DNA from: a virus
Lineage: Duplodnaviria > Caudoviricetes
Virus record (IMG/VR): IMGVR_UViG_3300005670_000014
Coordinates: 1 to 64,000 of that record
Length of the DNA stretch: 64,000 bases
Reading direction: 5' to 3' (one strand)
Below are positions 34,941 to 43,328 of this stretch, in pieces. The notes under the pieces were generated by a model. The model made no database searches. It was not told where the DNA came from and was given only the letters and a program-made list of their open reading frames with translations. Made by a program: the position numbers and the translations under genes. Numbering within the stretch: position 1 is the first letter of the stretch; each line of letters opens with the position of its first letter.

Positions 34941-36977
34941 TTATTTCAACCCCGCCCAAGTCTGGTTGCGGACTTCTCCATCGAAAAACATCTTGCGGAA
35001 CTGCACGGGTTTACGGTAAGCAGTTAATATCTGCTTAATATCCGAAGTATCCATCCCGCAATCTTCAACCAACTGTCTAGCCCGTTGCAATCTTTCCAGC
35101 TCTTCCATGTTAATACAACGAGCCAACACCGTCACGTCTTCCGGGAACAAGTGTTCACGGATATTGAGCCACGGCGAATCTCCATCCATGTAAACGCTCT
35201 CGATGGATAAATCGTTCAACCGGATCATGTAACTCTTCAGCATCCGTTCCAAATCATCTTTCGTCAATTTCGCATTCAGTCCATGAGTAAAGCCTTTTTC
35301 CAACTCTTCAGCCGCAAAGCCTCCGAAGTTGAATCCCAACTCTCCGAACTTCTCCACCATGCCAGCAGCATCGACAATTCCGGCAAACTGATCTAACTCA
35401 TGTCCGGGCGCTGTGATCTGAATCCAAATCGTACTTTCCGTCAATACGGCTGATCTGGCACCATTGACCGTACATGATTTGTCTCCGTTCCGCAGTTTGG
35501 AACTCTTGGACTTGTACATCTTACCAACATTCTTCGAAGCATTCCGAGCCAATTCCCGGTTAGCATTCTTCGAACTTTGAACCCATGATTTAGCCAAGTT
35601 CTTCCGTGCCATCTCCAAGTACGTCAATCCCGACTCTGGATCGTAAATTTCGTCGTAATAATCGGATACGTCATTATCTCCGACTAAATTTTCCACCGAA
35701 TTATTACGACGACCACCTAACAGCTTGCGGATCTGATCATCCAGATTCCACTGGATGAACCGTTCGCAGTTCTGCGATTGCCGCATTGCATCCAATGCCG
35801 GAATGTATATCTTTGGAGCTAAACCATTCTTGTTCAGCCGACTACTTGAAACACCTGCCATCGCATTGATGGCTAATTTCTTGGAATCTTTGCTTGGAAA
35901 CTTCCAAGCATAGTACGATTCCAGTGGATTGGGACAATCTGCCAGCCACGCTTCCATGACTGACCAATCTGAAGCTTCCGAGCAGTAAGCTGATAATTCT
36001 CCATGACACGCATTCCATGCTGCCAAATTGACCGCTTCACCTCCCACGTTGATCCATCCACCTGCACAGCGGCATTGCCGATGTCTGACGTATGGGACTA
36101 AACCCACCATGAAAATCTCCCGGCGACCATCTGCCGTTAAATCCATGTTCTTTGACGACATCGGAATCGAAATTATTTTCAGAGCTTCAAATTCCTCTTT
36201 CAGCATGATGCCGCACTCGATGGAATTCTCCAGTGGTTCATGGACGAGCACTTCCTTCTTAAACACCGTCCCATTCTTTTCCACTTCAATCTCGACACTT
36301 GGATGCTTGGCAACGGAAACGGGACGGAGCGAAATCACAGTCTTCCCGTATTGCCGTGAACTGGACATGAACGTGGGCTTGTTCTTTTCATTCAAGCCAC
36401 CGTCGAAGACTTTGATGGTTCCCGATGATTGCGAACCACGGGGATTCTTCAGTTGTGAATCCCAGTCTGAGCCGAATTTCATGCTCATGGCAACATCGAA
36501 TGCACTCTTGATTCGACGTTCTGTTACCACGGAAGATGCTGTAATCGGAACAACGGTTACGCGGTCAATCACTTTTTCATCTTCGAAAAATTGACCGTCG
36601 ACTTCCACTATTTCTTTCACAGTTTCCTTCCAATGGTATTCTGTGTCATCTTTGGAAACAGTGGAATGAACTGCGTAATCCACTTCTTCATCTTCCGTAT
36701 CCAGTCGTTTCACGAGTTCCAGTCTGAATGCTGCTTGCTGGAACGATAAAACATCTCGTTCGGATTCAGCAGCCAGTTGCGAACCTCCGTAGCCAATCCA
36801 TGCTATCTGATCCGTGGCATCCAATGCCCGGTAGTAGTTCTCCAAACATGCAGCATCCAAGCCACCAAAATCAAGAGCTTCGATACTGCTCCATACTGCC
36901 GATACCACGGCGGACTCTGCACCCGAACATTCCAGCCGGAGTTTCATCTCCAGCAAACGTTGGTCAATGTGGTTCAT
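34941..36977 (-). CDS. Large orphan early protein (678 aa)
   Basis: Long ORF with GGAG RBS and its own promoter; no motif recognised. Confidence 0.75.
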   Translation of the reverse strand: MNHIDQRLLEMKLRLECSGAESAVVSAVWSSIEALDFGGLDAACLENYYRALDATDQIAWIGYGGSQLAAESERDVLSFQQAAFRLELVKRLDTEDEEVDYAVHSTVSKDDTEYHWKETVKEIVEVDGQFFEDEKVIDRVTVVPITASSVVTERRIKSAFDVAMSMKFGSDWDSQLKNPRGSQSSGTIKVFDGGLNEKNKPTFMSSSRQYGKTVISLRPVSVAKHPSVEIEVEKNGTVFKKEVLVHEPLENSIECGIMLKEEFEALKIISIPMSSKNMDLTADGRREIFMVGLVPYVRHRQCRCAGGWINVGGEAVNLAAWNACHGELSAYCSEASDWSVMEAWLADCPNPLESYYAWKFPSKDSKKLAINAMAGVSSSRLNKNGLAPKIYIPALDAMRQSQNCERFIQWNLDDQIRKLLGGRRNNSVENLVGDNDVSDYYDEIYDPESGLTYLEMARKNLAKSWVQSSKNANRELARNASKNVGKMYKSKSSKLRNGDKSCTVNGARSAVLTESTIWIQITAPGHELDQFAGIVDAAGMVEKFGELGFNFGGFAAEELEKGFTHGLNAKLTKDDLERMLKSYMIRLNDLSIESVYMDGDSPWLNIREHLFPEDVTVLARCINMEELERLQRARQLVEDCGMDTSDIKQILTAYRKPVQFRKMFFDGEVRNQTWAGLK

Positions 36978-37044
36978 GACTTAATTCTCCAGTTGAAGCC
37001 AAGTTCTTGCCAAATACCCCGTCAAAACGGAATTTGGCAAGTGT

Positions 37045-37073
37045 ATTTTACCACGATTACTCAGATTTTGCTA
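37045..37073 (-). promoter_or_regulatory. Early promoter for the 678-aa gene
   Basis: TAGCAA-17-TAAAAT with TG; inverted repeat CTTGCCAAAT / ATTTGGCAAG. Confidence 0.6.
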
Positions 37074-37250
37074 CCGAGTCTGAGTAAAGTGGGATAACGA
37101 ATGTTTCCAATCTTCCGCTGAACTGCGAATGGGAGTGTTGGAAAGTTGAAAGATAAAGAACCCAAGTGTACCCCATAGCAAGATGAGACGGGGAATTTCT
37201 GGGAGTACGAAACAACATAACCAATCCAGAATTTCGAGTAAGGTTTTCAT
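37071..37250 (-). CDS. Small membrane protein
   Basis: GGAG RBS; hydrophobic segment. Confidence 0.55.
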   Translation of the reverse strand: MKTLLEILDWLCCFVLPEIPRLILLWGTLGFFIFQLSNTPIRSSAEDWKHSLSHFTQTR

Positions 37251-37316
37251 CTTAATTCTCCGGTTGTAAAACATGTCTGGTCATTTTGACCGCTGAAAAA
37301 TGATGCTGGCGCATCC

Positions 37317-37345
37317 ATGATAAACCCCATTTGCAGAGTTTTCAA
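37317..37345 (-). promoter_or_regulatory. Early promoter with inverted repeat
   Basis: TTGAAA-17-TATCAT; GATGC-TGGC-GCATC. Confidence 0.65.
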
Positions 37346-38000
37346 CCATTTTCGGTTGAATGCCTGCGGGTTGGATTCAAAACCCGTTCAAAAATCGTCT
37401 GGAAACCCGCCAAAATCGTCTCACAAGCCACGCAATCCAGAAAGTAGTATGATGGTAGCGGGTAGAGGAATGACCCCTCTCAAATCGTCTCGTTGGGGCT
37501 TTGTCGAACGTGGGTCGTTTGAGAGTTTGATTTCTGGATGGGAATGTTGTGTCCAATTTCTTGGAAGCTTCCGATTTGCTGGCTGATTTCATCTTAAATT
37601 CAAGAATATTGTAGCCAAGCCACAGCATTTCAGATGGTGCTACATTCTCCAATGGAACCACCCCTCCGGGTCGGTAAACGCAGTTTAACACGAATCAAAT
37701 CAGATGTCAATACTTTTCTCAACAAAATAATAAATAAATATTCATTCATAAAGAGTTTCATATTATGTAATTACTGTATAACTCTTCATGACACAATTCT
37801 TTAACCATATGGAATCTTCGTACAAACTCTTTCAAATTTCAATCTCAGTATGGAGAGTTTGCAACGCCGACTCTGCGCCTGCTCCCAAAAAGAGGGTTAA
37901 AAACTCTTCATAGTTGTCAAATTCCCGCACTACATAGCTTGATTTCTCCAGTACGTAGTGCTATGCTGTTCCTCTACGTAGTTACTTATTGGAGAGTTTG

Positions 38001-38300
38001 ATGAAAAAGTTATCGTTGGAAGAGCGTTGGGTTAGTAAGATTGATGAATCTTCGGATGACAACTCTTGTTGGTTGTGGAAAGGAAGTCGATCTACTCAAG
38101 GGTATGGACAGATGTGTGTTAATAAGAAACAAGTGTTGGCACACCAGATCGGCTGGCAACTCATGGGTAAATCTATATGTAGAGGGAAAACACATCTCCG
38201 AAACAGGTGTGGTAACAAACTCTGTGTTAATCCCGATCATTGGGAAAAAGAGTTGAAAGTGAAGTCTTTGTTCGTATGTACTGGGGAAGATCTGGATTAA
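38001..38300 (+). CDS. Short HNH/His-Me-like endonuclease (possibly degenerate)
   Basis: CWLWKG...GYG...AHQIGW...CGNKLCVNPDH; antisense insertion. Confidence 0.65.
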   Translation: MKKLSLEERWVSKIDESSDDNSCWLWKGSRSTQGYGQMCVNKKQVLAHQIGWQLMGKSICRGKTHLRNRCGNKLCVNPDHWEKELKVKSLFVCTGEDLD

Positions 38301-38400
38301 AACTCTTTTGTCCATGCGTTTTTACGTCAGTACATAGTCTAGTCAATTCAGCGTGAAGGTATTACGTAATATGTACCATGTAATACCTTCACGCTTGAAT

Positions 38401-38910
38401 CTAATCTAGCATGTCCCACACATCTTCACTGATGTCGTCAATGATCTGTTGTAACAGATCTGGACGAGTGAATTCTTGAGTCCAGGTGAAACTCAAGTCT
38501 TTCGCTTTGGGACGTTTCACACCTAACTCTTTCATACATTTTCTCCATTCATAGCCATGATGTTGGGTGTATGAGAGCATACTTTCATAATGCCATCCTT
38601 CATCCATCATCACTAAAGTCTGTCGTTGATGCCCCGTTTCATGGAGTGCTAACATGATATTCAGAGTTAGAAGAACATTACCTCTGCGCTCTTTGGGTAG
38701 ACTCAAGACACGACTCTCCATCCAGTCGGGATCAAAGCCATAGTAGAATGTTAGACCTTCATGATCCGTATATGAAGTTCTGACAAACGCAATGGAGTGA
38801 TCTTCTCGATCTGGAATAAAGAGTTGTTTGAAAGGTGTAAGATAGTTCCACTCAATGCGCTGATGCACAGAGCGAACAGTGTGGTGATACAATTCTTCGT
38901 ACTGATTCAT
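38401..38910 (-). CDS. SprT-like zinc metalloprotease, second copy
   Basis: HETGH (HExxH) ... HHGYEWRKCMKELG; GGAG RBS. Confidence 0.7.
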   Translation of the reverse strand: MNQYEELYHHTVRSVHQRIEWNYLTPFKQLFIPDREDHSIAFVRTSYTDHEGLTFYYGFDPDWMESRVLSLPKERRGNVLLTLNIMLALHETGHQRQTLVMMDEGWHYESMLSYTQHHGYEWRKCMKELGVKRPKAKDLSFTWTQEFTRPDLLQQIIDDISEDVWDMLD

Positions 38911-38912
38911 GA

Positions 38913-39383
38913 TTAACTCTCCGTGATAATACGCATGGAAATGATATCTGATGGTAAGATCAAAGCTTCCACCAGATGGGGAGTATCCCGCCAAACCTCT
39001 TCACAGTCAAACTCTTCGCCAAACTCCAACCAGCGAGAGTATGACGCACAACTACGACCTTGAATTCTCCACCACTTACTCTTAACTCGTTTCATTCTTG
39101 GATGCTCGAATGGAGAGTCTGCATTGTCGCTCCATGACATGAAATCTGATTTCAACCATCTCTTCGTGGGTTGTAATGACAGATCACGGATGCATGTCAC
39201 TTCTAACTCTACCAATGTGGTTCTCCAATCATCCAAGTTGTGGGAGAGCTGCAATGCCCAAGCCAGAGCTTGGTCCACTGATCTTGTTACAAAGATCGCA
39301 TCACCGATTCCTTCTTGGAAGAGCATACCCCAATCATTGGCGGTAGATGGATTATCTGGATTAACAACTTTGTACACTTTCAT
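38913..39383 (-). CDS. Hypothetical protein (weak ADP-ribosyltransferase-like motif order)
   Basis: GGAG RBS; KVYK ... FVTRSVDQALAWA ... EALILP. Confidence 0.6.
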   Translation of the reverse strand: MKVYKVVNPDNPSTANDWGMLFQEGIGDAIFVTRSVDQALAWALQLSHNLDDWRTTLVELEVTCIRDLSLQPTKRWLKSDFMSWSDNADSPFEHPRMKRVKSKWWRIQGRSCASYSRWLEFGEEFDCEEVWRDTPHLVEALILPSDIISMRIITES

Positions 39384-39425
39384 GATTAATTCTCCCATGC
39401 AAACTGAATTTCAACTTGAGGAATG

Positions 39426-39905
39426 TCACCGAAGATTTCTTGGATCAGCGTTCTTACAATGCCTGATTTGCCTCTGCTCCCAAATCTTTTTATACGTGTG
39501 GTAGTAAAAATCTCCAGTATCCATGTGCCAATGGGGATCACGACAGAGCCGTGAGTACACTTTCCGACGTTGTGGATCTGCGCTACGGATCATAAACCTC
39601 CAACGAGGTTTATTGTCGGGTTGATTTTTGATCTGGTCAATCACGGTATAGATCTGCCGTTTCAGCCACAGCAACCTGGACAATCCCTCTTGTCGAGTTT
39701 CCAACGCATCAATACTCTTCCGGGCTTGCCGTACTGCCCGAACATCATCTACCCGAATGCGGGCAAAACCACTGAAGACTGCATAGACTTTAACGTCAGA
39801 TTCAGTCCACCATTCAATGCCGAGAACAAAGTCTTGATCACGAATACAGGTGAAGCCAACGTCTCCGACGCCCAATGGCCGGAAGTATTGAGGTGAGTAT
39901 TTCAT
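39426..39905 (-). CDS. Hypothetical protein
   Basis: GGAG RBS. Confidence 0.65.
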   Translation of the reverse strand: MKYSPQYFRPLGVGDVGFTCIRDQDFVLGIEWWTESDVKVYAVFSGFARIRVDDVRAVRQARKSIDALETRQEGLSRLLWLKRQIYTVIDQIKNQPDNKPRWRFMIRSADPQRRKVYSRLCRDPHWHMDTGDFYYHTYKKIWEQRQIRHCKNADPRNLR

Positions 39906-39973
39906 GATTAATTCTCCAAGTAATATTTCATGAAGAGCGTTACGTATTACATCTTACGTAACGCTCTATGATT

Positions 39974-40180
39974 TTAGCCGTGACCAACTGGCACGAAGGT
40001 GCCATAGTCATCCATGAAACCTGTCCAGTCGGCGTTATCAGCGCCGACTCCCCAGATTTCGTTCATCCCGAAGAAATTATGTCCAGTTTCCCGGACGATA
40101 AAGAGCGTAATGCTCTTTTCAAATGTTGAGTCTTGCTGTAACAAGGCTTTGTATTCTTCGTTGGTTAAGTACATGCTCAT
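39974..40180 (-). CDS. Hypothetical protein
   Basis: GGAG RBS. Confidence 0.6.
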   Translation of the reverse strand: MSMYLTNEEYKALLQQDSTFEKSITLFIVRETGHNFFGMNEIWGVGADNADWTGFMDDYGTFVPVGHG

Positions 40181-40358
40181 CTCCAGCGGCTAACGCCGCG
40201 CTAGTGTTCAGATGGGAAATCCATCTGATTTAATGGGGGTCGGTCTCATTGAACCGGCCCCGGTCGAGTGCGAAGAACGTTTGTTCAGCGCACACCTAAA
40301 GCACGGAAAATGTTTGAAAAATCAAGCATTTGCCCGTGAACCCCGGTGGGGTATGTAT

Positions 40359-40387
40359 ATTGTACACACATTTATAAGGAGTGTCAA
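40359..40387 (-). promoter_or_regulatory. Strong leftward sigma70 promoter
   Basis: TTGACA-17-TACAAT. Confidence 0.75.
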
Positions 40388-40709
40388 GTACCCCAGTGAA
40401 AATAATTCAGAGCGATGTAGAGGGCGAATACGCTCTGTTCATGTCTGATCATGAGAGTTAGAGGACTTTCGAATTAGAGTAGATTGTTGACCTTTAATAT
40501 GAGATGGTAGAGGGAAGGTGGGAGATGTCAGATGGGTAGATGGAAGGGCTGTAGAGTGGGGTCGTAGGTGGAAATTCAAGGTGGTCATACCAGAATCCCC
40601 TCTCAACCTACAGTACACTCTAACGCCTAATGTCTTGTTTGACCGCCCCTGCCCATGGACGGGCGCGGGGCGGCGCATTTTTCGTGCCAGCCGCGTGTGT
40701 CCATTGCGT

Positions 40710-40930
40710 GTTACGTAACGTGTGGGTGACGGTATGCATACACCATGCCAACCATTGACTGTATAACACATGTTACGTAACAGTGTTATGACAGTATAAC
40801 CCCATGCCGGGTAATATGTCAAACATGTGTTACGTAACAACACTGTACAGTATGCAGTGTCGCAATCGGTTGACATGCAGCACAAGTTATACATGCAACC
40901 ACCTGATACATGATGGGTGCATGTTACGTC
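40710..40930. repeat. Repeated palindrome GTTACGTAAC (three perfect, one partial)
   Basis: 40710, 40772, 40829; partial at 40923. Confidence 0.8.
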
Positions 40931-41186
40931 AATACAATGCAACAGTCCTGGAATTGTGACTGTAGCATTGTTGGGTTGTTTCATGTAAAACAAAACTAGG
41001 ACAGCATTAGTTTTGTTTCATATGAAACAAAACTAGCGCCCTGCTACAATCCAGTGACAGGGCGCATTGTGTTACTTTTTGACAATATCCTTAATTGTCA
41101 AGGGTTTAGTTAGCAGCATGTTTGCTGCTGTCAGATATGCTAGGGTCTGTGCCCTAGCAGTGGCTTGTTCAACGTTGAGCATTGCC

Positions 41187-41357
41187 TTATTCTCTAAACA
41201 AGCAAAATAGACAAATATCGCCGATAACAGCAACTATAATCATTAGTTGCAATGCTAGCGCTTCAATACTGTAGCCGCCAGCTAAGAGCGTAAAACTTAA
41301 AACAATAAGCACTAACAAGCTTACAACAAACTCCAAAAAGTCTGGAAACGTTTTCAT
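41187..41357 (-). CDS. Small two-helix membrane protein
   Basis: GGAG RBS before MKTFPD; hydrophobic. Confidence 0.55.
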   Translation of the reverse strand: MKTFPDFLEFVVSLLVLIVLSFTLLAGGYSIEALALQLMIIVAVIGDICLFCLFRE

Positions 41358-41400
41358 CGTAATACTCCAAGTTAGTGACACATCCTTGTGTCAGTGTGTG

Positions 41401-41610
41401 TTAGTCAGTGCTACGTTTTGTTACATTGAGTTCAACATCATACCCTCTTGCATACAAGAATTCCTTTAATTCTAGTAAAGTTTTACACCAAACTTTAGTG
41501 TAACCTTTTGGCGCATCTTTACTTACAGCTTCTGGCAAGTAGTAAAAATGGTCTACTATCCAAGTAGCTAGTTCATTGTTACCAATGTTATCAAGGCTAA
41601 TCTTAGTCAT
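41401..41610 (-). CDS. Hypothetical protein
   Basis: AGGGA RBS. Confidence 0.6.
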   Translation of the reverse strand: MTKISLDNIGNNELATWIVDHFYYLPEAVSKDAPKGYTKVWCKTLLELKEFLYARGYDVELNVTKRSTD

Positions 41611-41724
41611 GTCAATTCCCTACATTGTGCCAGTGTATTAGATCGGGTACACTGACTAACCCGCCTAATCCTGTATCGTTAGGGAGACAGCCGGATTAGG
41701 CTGACTGTCTCCCATTTGAGACTG

Positions 41725-41853
41725 TCACTGTGCGAGGACAGCCTCAATTTGCGCTATCCGACTGACGCGCAATTCAGTAAAATCGGATTTTATTGAAAAT
41801 GTGGTATAAATAAAACCACAAATCAGGCCAAGTATAAAAAGATTGCGTAACAT
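41725..41853 (-). CDS. 42-aa membrane-anchored peptide
   Basis: MLRNLFILGLICGFIY...; GGAG RBS; below the cutoff. Confidence 0.55.
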   Translation of the reverse strand: MLRNLFILGLICGFIYTTFSIKSDFTELRVSRIAQIEAVLAQ

Positions 41854-41914
41854 TGTTGTTTCTCCATGTTTGAGTTTATGCCAGTGTTTCATATGAAACA
41901 CTGGCTGTTATGGG

Positions 41915-42538
41915 TTATACTGCTTTGGGCGCTTTAGCCTTACCTTTACCTTTTTTAATCGTTTCCGACTGGACTGTTTCTGCCTTAACAGTTTGCGGTT
42001 TAGCGGGTTTAGAATACTTTTCCAATATCGCCGCTATTGACAGAGAGGCATTCTCAAAAGCAGCGCGATTATTGTCATGTTTTGCGCTTTCCAGCGCTAA
42101 CACTTCTTTACTGCCAACTTGCCGTGCTTTGGGATTGCTTTGTGCGCTAACCATGCTAGCAGCAAGGCGGCCCTCTACACTTCCAAGACTTGAATCTTGG
42201 CGCGGTCTAGCAAACGCCATGCCGGATTTTATCGCTTGCTCGTTAACTCCACGTAGCGCTACGTGGGCGTTTTTAGTCCAATTTTGCGTTAAAGCGTAGC
42301 AAAACTGTGCTAGCACAAAGTCGTGACTACGCCCCTTAATACCGTCACCCGCCAGAGGTACTGTGAAGTATGCCAAGGGGTTAGACATAGTAGACTGTAC
42401 CTTGCCATTGACATGGAGTTTATACTGTTTAGCTAGCAGTCCAGTCCAGTATGACAACGTGTCACTACTGCATGACACTGAATTCATAGCGGATTGAAGC
42501 TTAGTGATTGCATTATTCAAAGAAGTTTGAGTAGCCAT
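41915..42538 (-). CDS. Hypothetical protein with Lys/Ala-rich tail
   Basis: GGAG RBS; tail KPAKPQTVKAE...KKGKGKAKAPKAV. Confidence 0.7.
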   Translation of the reverse strand: MATQTSLNNAITKLQSAMNSVSCSSDTLSYWTGLLAKQYKLHVNGKVQSTMSNPLAYFTVPLAGDGIKGRSHDFVLAQFCYALTQNWTKNAHVALRGVNEQAIKSGMAFARPRQDSSLGSVEGRLAASMVSAQSNPKARQVGSKEVLALESAKHDNNRAAFENASLSIAAILEKYSKPAKPQTVKAETVQSETIKKGKGKAKAPKAV

Positions 42539-42540
42539 GA

Positions 42541-42825
42541 TTAACTCTCCAATTTTGCAGCTTTGCGGAATTGCTTGGCTTGCGCTTGGAATGATGCGAG
42601 CATTGTGCCAAGTTCCAAAACTATTTTATAAGTTCCTATTTTCAAACGATTTTTATTTTCATTGCTTTGAATTAGCTTTTGCTTAATTGTTGTTTGCAAT
42701 AAAGCGCTGTAGTGATAACTTGCTGATTTCATAGAAAAATAAATATTTTCAATCCAGTTTTTGAAACTCGAAAACAGGGTGACTAGCATGGGCATATTGT
42801 GACGTTGCGCGTCAACTTTTGACAT
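42541..42825 (-). CDS. Doubtful ORF
   Basis: Open frame only; no clear RBS. Confidence 0.25.
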   Translation of the reverse strand: MSKVDAQRHNMPMLVTLFSSFKNWIENIYFSMKSASYHYSALLQTTIKQKLIQSNENKNRLKIGTYKIVLELGTMLASFQAQAKQFRKAAKLES

Positions 42826-43298
42826 TCACAAACACTAGGCGAAGCCCTTGGAGACAGCGCTTATTCTATAAACCGAACCTAACGCCAATTTTTCAAAGCT
42901 TGTTTCATACGAAACAAGCACATAGGACTTAATCTATAAACCCTAGCAGAAATCTAACACCAATTTTTCAAAACATTGTTTCATATGAAACAAAATAAAA
43001 CCTTGACCATACACAAAACCAAATGACCACTTCAAAGTAGTGTTTCATATGAAACAAACCAAATTATGTACTGCGTATTTTTCTCTCACATTAGCTAACC
43101 ATGCCAAATACCTCACCTTCTTCTCTAACCACCCACTACCACCAATTACCATTATATCTAACACATGTCACACAACCTAACAACCCAATACTCACACACT
43201 GACACAGTGATTCCATTCGTAATTTTTCATCTAGTCAAAACAGTTCCATAAAAATTTACAGATTATTTCTAACACCTGAAATTTCGTTTCAGTAAAAT

Positions 43299-43328
43299 TT
43301 GACAGTGATACTGTCCATCATATATAGT
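43299..43328 (+). promoter_or_regulatory. Rightward sigma70 promoter of the replication/head operon
   Basis: TTGACA-18-TATAGT. Confidence 0.55.

Larger units (their letters stand above)
41008..43056. repeat. Palindrome family TGTTTCATATGAAACA
   Basis: Copies at 41008-35, 41880-905, 42898-919 (1 mismatch), 42976-93 and 43041-56; degenerate copy near 40976; distal copy at 34919-40. Confidence 0.9.

Noticed and set aside
22587-36594. Long plus-strand ORFs (22587, 29788, 30650, 33363, 36028 and similar)
   Set aside because: Antisense shadows of RBS-bearing minus-strand genes, with no RBS, promoter or recognisable motif.
8180-37345. CRISPR array, suggested by the repeated motifs and csx16
   Set aside because: The repeats are dispersed promoters and hairpins separated by whole genes, not 25-45-bp repeats with uniform spacers. 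No cas1, cas2 or cas10 is present.
37377-37691. 104-aa ORF with repeated AAATCGTCTC
   Set aside because: TTG start without an RBS, and it overlaps a promoter. The shared 15-mer with 17855 is too short to interpret.
40439-40993. 184-aa minus-strand ORF in the ORF track
   Set aside because: No RBS, low-complexity C/T/Y/H-biased translation, and it overlaps the palindrome cluster and G-rich tract. Probably non-coding.
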